Part shown: positions 59,997 to 64,000 of the stretch, piece after piece | Layout of the letters: each line of letters opens with the position of its first letter | Position numbering within the stretch: the stretch's first letter is position 1 | Source of the DNA: Malacoraja senta | Lineage: Eukaryota | Assembly: GCA_038087875.1 (NCBI GenBank) | Contig: JAXLNO010000041.1 | Location: forward strand, 124,001 to 188,000 | Direction of reading: 5' to 3' | DNA length: 64,000 nucleotides | The notes under the pieces: generated by a model | Database searches by the model: none | What the model was told of the DNA's origin: nothing | The model's input: the letters and a program-made list of their open reading frames with translations, nothing else | Made by a program: the position numbers and the translations under genes

Positions 59997-61220
59997 GGTC
60001 TATTTAGACGAATTTTTACATATTGTGAACGTCTCTAAAGTAAGCGGGTAATTTACATTTTATTTTCACTATCACAGTTAATGCGAGTGAACTCATAAGG
60101 GAGGGTGTTATATGGTGATATGGTTATGTCATTGGGGCAGTCAAGAAGACCTGTAGAATATTGCGAGCTAAATTTCCATCAAGGTTTACCTATATATCCT
60201 GTTCACTCTTTTAAGCGAATGTTGACGATATAGGGCAGAAATAATTTGTTTGGGGGCACAAATAGGTAGTGAATCTAATAGGATGCTGTGTTGCTTCAGT
60301 GGGGAAGGAGGGAGCGAGTTGCAGTTCTATACATAACCGCGCTAGGGCGCGTTCCTTTTAGAACTGGTACTTCACAGTTGCATCCGATGAAATCAGTGCT
60401 TCGTTGTATTGTCTTCGAGTAACACATCTAGTACCTGTTCTTTTACACAAAGACCCCCTATAGAAATTTAAATCTCTGGTAAAATAAAATTTTAATGGCA
60501 TAAATCAAGGCCACTAAGCAAGTCATTCTGCTGTCTATTAAATTGGACGTAGAGATTCCTGTTTTATACCAATGTCATTAGAATCGACGTCTGAGATTTT
60601 CTTCATTTTACTCCATGTTACATTGTGCAGCTTACACTGAGTGATGCAATGAAGCCCGGGTAACTGATCGTATAGATGTAGACCCTATTTTCTTAGAAGA
60701 ACGCTGTCCACGTGCTGGTCGTACATTGTTGGAACAAACTCATCTCGTTTGTGGTTGCAAATAAAATGTGACGGCCCAGATATTTAACTTTCTATTAATT
60801 TAATTGGGACAATGGAATGAGGCAGGAATATACAGTGGACTGCGCCTTGTTTCACACCACGCCGTGAGCTTTTCTGGTATTTCTGTTCCAGGAACTCCCA
60901 GTACTATGTCCCATAATACACTGTCAGGACTGGTCACATGTGAAGCCAGGCTCCCTCTGTGCAGCCTCATCAAAAACATTCCCATTCAATTCCCCCATGG
61001 ATCACATTCAGCGACTTTGTTTCAAGTCATAAAATGATATAGCACGTAAACAGACCCTTCGGTCGAACGTCCATGCCGATCAAAGTGTCCCATTCCAGGT
61101 AATCCCATTTGCCCGCGGTCCCCGCTAAATCAATCCTATCCATTTGCCCGCTCAAATGTATTTCAAATAGTATTATACATCCTGTCTCCACTAACTCCTC
61201 TGGCAGTTAGTTCCTTGTAG

Positions 61221-61915
61221 ACAATAGACCAAAGACAATAGACAATAGGTGCAGGGGGAGGACATTCGGTTATTTGAGCCAGCACCGCCATTCACTGTGA
61301 TCACGGCTGATCATCCACATTCAGTGCCCCGTTCCTGCCTTCTCACCATATCCGCTGACCCCGCTATCTTTAAGAGCTCCATCTAACTATCTCTTGAAAA
61401 CATCCAGAGAATTGGCCTCCACTGCTTTCTCAGGCAGCGAATTCCACAGATTCACAACACTCTGAGTGAAAATGTTTTCTCTCATCTACGTTCGAAATAG
61501 CCTACACATTCTTAACCTGTGGCCCCTAGTTCTGGACTCTCTCAACATCGGGAACATGGTTCCTACCTCCAGCGTGTCCAATCCCTTAATAATATTTTAT
61601 GTTTCAATAAGATCCCCTCTCATCTTACTAAATTCCAGCGTACACAAGCCCATCCGCTCGATTCTACCCACATATGACAGTCCCGCCATCTCTGGAACTA
61701 ACCTCGTGAACGTACGGTGCACTCCTTCAAAAGCAAGAATGCCGTTCCTCAAATCTGGAGACCAAAACTGGACACATTACTCCAGGTGTGGTCTCATTAG
61801 GGCTCTGAACAACTGCAGAAGGACCTCTTGCTCCTATACTTACTTCCTCTTGTTATGATGGCCAACGTGCAATTAGCTTTCTGCACTGCTCCTGTACCTG
61901 CATGCTTACTTTCAG
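61221..61915 (-). mobile_element. CR1-type LINE 3' fragment
   Basis: gacaatagacaataggtgcagg...gccagcaccgccattc pattern (reverse complement of CR1 3'UTR) followed by ORF2 C-terminal sequence. Confidence 0.75.
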
Positions 61916-62119
61916 TGAGTGATGAACAAGAATCCCCAGGTGATACCCATCACCTTCTCAAGTGCAAAGGTTTCCCTCCCGTTCCTGTTAAATATTTCCC
62001 CTCTCACCTTTAACCTAATTCCTCTGGTTCTTTATTCTCCAACTCTGGGTAAAGGACAGTGTGCATTCACGTTCTCCAATCCGCTAATGATTTCATACAC
62101 TCAGCCTCCAGCGCTCAAG

Positions 62120-62417
62120 ATATCAGAGATCCGCCGTGGAAACAGGCCCTTCGTCCCACAGAATCCGCGCTTACCAACGATCACCAACAGTAGCACTATC
62201 CTGCAAGCTAGAGACAAGTTACAATTTGCAGACGTTAAGAATAAACTATATTTCTGTACGTATTTCTAGTCTGGGAGGTAATCGGAACACCCGGAGAAAA
62301 CCTAGGCAGTCATCGGGAGAACTTGCAAAATCGCTACTGACAGCACCGTACTCAGGTTCTAATCCGGGTGTCTGACACTGCAAGGGAGCAACTCTACCGC
62401 TACGACACGATGCCGCC
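62120..62417 (-). mobile_element. HE1-type SINE
   Basis: Head ggcggcatcgtgtcgtagcggtagagttgc and tail gggcctgtttccacggc on minus strand. Confidence 0.7.
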
Positions 62418-63336
62418 TAATTTAGTCCTACCCAGCTCAACCGATCCTTTTTGCGTAGTCGCTCGAGGGAGTATAGTAGAGCTGTGATCTGGAACACCCT
62501 TCTAGTGAAGGGGTTGTCATGTTGCTGTTGTGGGGGAATAATCAGACTATAGCGATGCAGAGAAGTAATTCAGTACCGCCTCATTGAGCAAAAACAGTAA
62601 TTACTGCTTTAAGGTATTTGCATATTTGTGCAGTCGCCCATTGGGAAAGGCACCAGGCGTATTTAGAGTGTTTAATTTTACTGCCCTCACGTGACTATCC
62701 ATCAAGGGATTTACTTTAGCAGTTGCTGTAGCTACGCATCTGGTGTCCAGTGATATATCCAGCGACTCAGATCTGGATCACTCAGCAGGGCCCAATGGTG
62801 AACCACCCATCTATATTACTGGTAATCCGCCATATGCGGTAGTATATTTTGGTTTATAGACTTCCTATTCTTCCCGAGTCCCGGACGATTTTGCTGCTAT
62901 TAGTAAAGGTCAATCACTACCTGAAATTAGAAAGTCTGTCAGGGTGTCGGTAAAGTGTAATTGGTTAACGTAATTCTGACAATTCCGGGCCAGCCCATCC
63001 TCCATCCAGTGACACCCACGGTTCTATAATTAAAACAGATAATTCTGCAGTTATTAAACAGGTTATCCAGGACCGAGAGAAAGTGAAACAGAACAAACGT
63101 TTCAGATCTCTGGTCACATTTCCTATCCCGCTGCCAAGTGTCGTAAGAGCTCTTGTAATTCTCTGCAGCTATTGGCTAATGATATGGAAACGGATTCCGG
63201 AGAAGCAGCTCGCAGTTGGAAACAATCAAACCACCAGGACACCTGCACAGAATGAAAGCAAACCGACAACTGAGAGAGAACAGTAAAGCAGGCACATCCA
63301 ACCGCATCAACGGAGCAGAGAACAAGACAACGGCGA

Positions 63337-63374
63337 TGTTTTTGTAAGGGGCTTAACTTGTTTCCATCACGGTG
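63337..63374 (-). promoter_or_regulatory. RSS of V17 (22-nt spacer)
   Basis: CACCGTG + 22 nt + ACAAAAACA. Confidence 0.85.
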
Positions 63375-63840
63375 CGGCACAGTGCGCAGTAATAGACTGC
63401 AGAATCGCTGAGATCCAGCCCTGAGATACTCAAGCTGGTGAACTTAATCGCGGTATTGAGCACAATAGAGAAACGAGTATCAACGTATTGGGCCTTATAT
63501 TCATATGTGTTGGTGTCTCTCCACATAGTAAACTCGAGCTGCATGCCTGGATATTGTCGGTACCATAATAAAGTATATCCACTCCATGTGGTATCATAGT
63601 TACAAGTTAAAGTCACCGCTTCTCCTTTTGTCTTCTTCGCCGAGTGCAGTGGCTGTGTGACAGATTCTCCGTGAATAATGACTGTAAAATAAATATATTG
63701 AGATAGTAACAGACATCGGAGTCTCATGAGATTGCACTTCTCAAAACCTGAATGAGAAAGGCGAGTAAAACTGAAAAATTTGATCCCGAATTACCTGTCA
63801 GAAACGCTCCCCACCCAACACAGATGCCGACGAAACGCAT
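63375..63840 (-). CDS. TRAV/TRDV: V17 (divergent family-B-related V), apparently functional
   Basis: Leader 63840-63795 MRFVGICVGWGAFLT|GT; 113-nt intron; V exon 63681-63375 (307 nt) GESVTQP...LTC...WYRQ...DSAVYYCALC. Confidence 0.9.
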
Positions 63841-64000
63841 TTTACCCGTTCACTCTGTACTAGCTGCGTTCCAAACTTGAAGCGACACAAACTGGTGCGT
63901 TTTCTCAGTCAAAGAGCGGCTGCTGGTCACCGGATGTTCGCTGTCACTGCCCTGTTCCGCCAGTGATGGAGTCAGAGATGTGGGTGGCCAGCGGGGTCTC

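Noticed and set aside
60800-60985. Minus-strand ORF with HVTSPDSVLWDIVLG resembling a LINE endonuclease motif
   Set aside because: Similarity too weak to call by eye; possibly an old LINE relic, needs a profile search.
63682-63727. In-frame intronic ATG giving an apparent unspliced leader MRLRCLLLSQYIYFT for V17
   Set aside because: A canonical leader exon (63840-63795) with GT donor and a polypyrimidine-AG acceptor at 63682-63683 explains the structure; no equivalent ATG in other Vs. RNA-seq could revisit this.
1-64000. D, J or C segments, IgH-like V or NAR-TCR V segments
   Set aside because: I saw no FGxG J motif with a 5' RSS, no RSS-flanked D, no constant exon and no IgHV or NAR-type V; a manual scan could miss short D segments.

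Overview
Vertebrate genomic DNA from a cartilaginous fish. HE1/V-SINE, CR1, Rex1/Babar, L1 and Penelope-type repeats look skate/ray-like, but the species is an inference. The window is part of the variable-segment region of a T-cell receptor alpha/delta-type locus. I find 17 V gene segments, built as a phase-1 leader exon, an intron, a 304-307 nt V exon and a 3' recombination signal sequence (RSS). V1's leader lies outside the window and V3 has lost its 3' half and RSS. No D, J or C segments are visible. (1) 1-10.35 kb: a compact + strand tandem array of 8 family-A V segments at about 1.45 kb period; V2, V3 and V8 are pseudogenes and V4 has a broken heptamer. (2) 12.7-12.9 kb: an assembly gap. 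(3) 13.4-64 kb: nine family-B-like V segments in both orientations. Seven of them sit in a ~16.6 kb cassette [V(-), pseudo-V(+), V(+)] present twice plus a partial third copy, and each full cassette contains a ~3 kb inversion. Intergenic DNA holds L1 copies, Rex1/Babar, CR1, L2 and Penelope fragments, SINEs, MITEs and a GPCR pseudogene fragment. The most notable observations are CDR1/CDR2 mosaicism among the tandem Vs, V pseudogenes with an 11-nt RSS spacer, a RUNX-containing motif at fixed distance behind the RSS, an L1 with a 42-bp target-site duplication, and a GPR139-like relic. All coordinates were counted by hand; repeat family names come from pattern recognition, not database searches.
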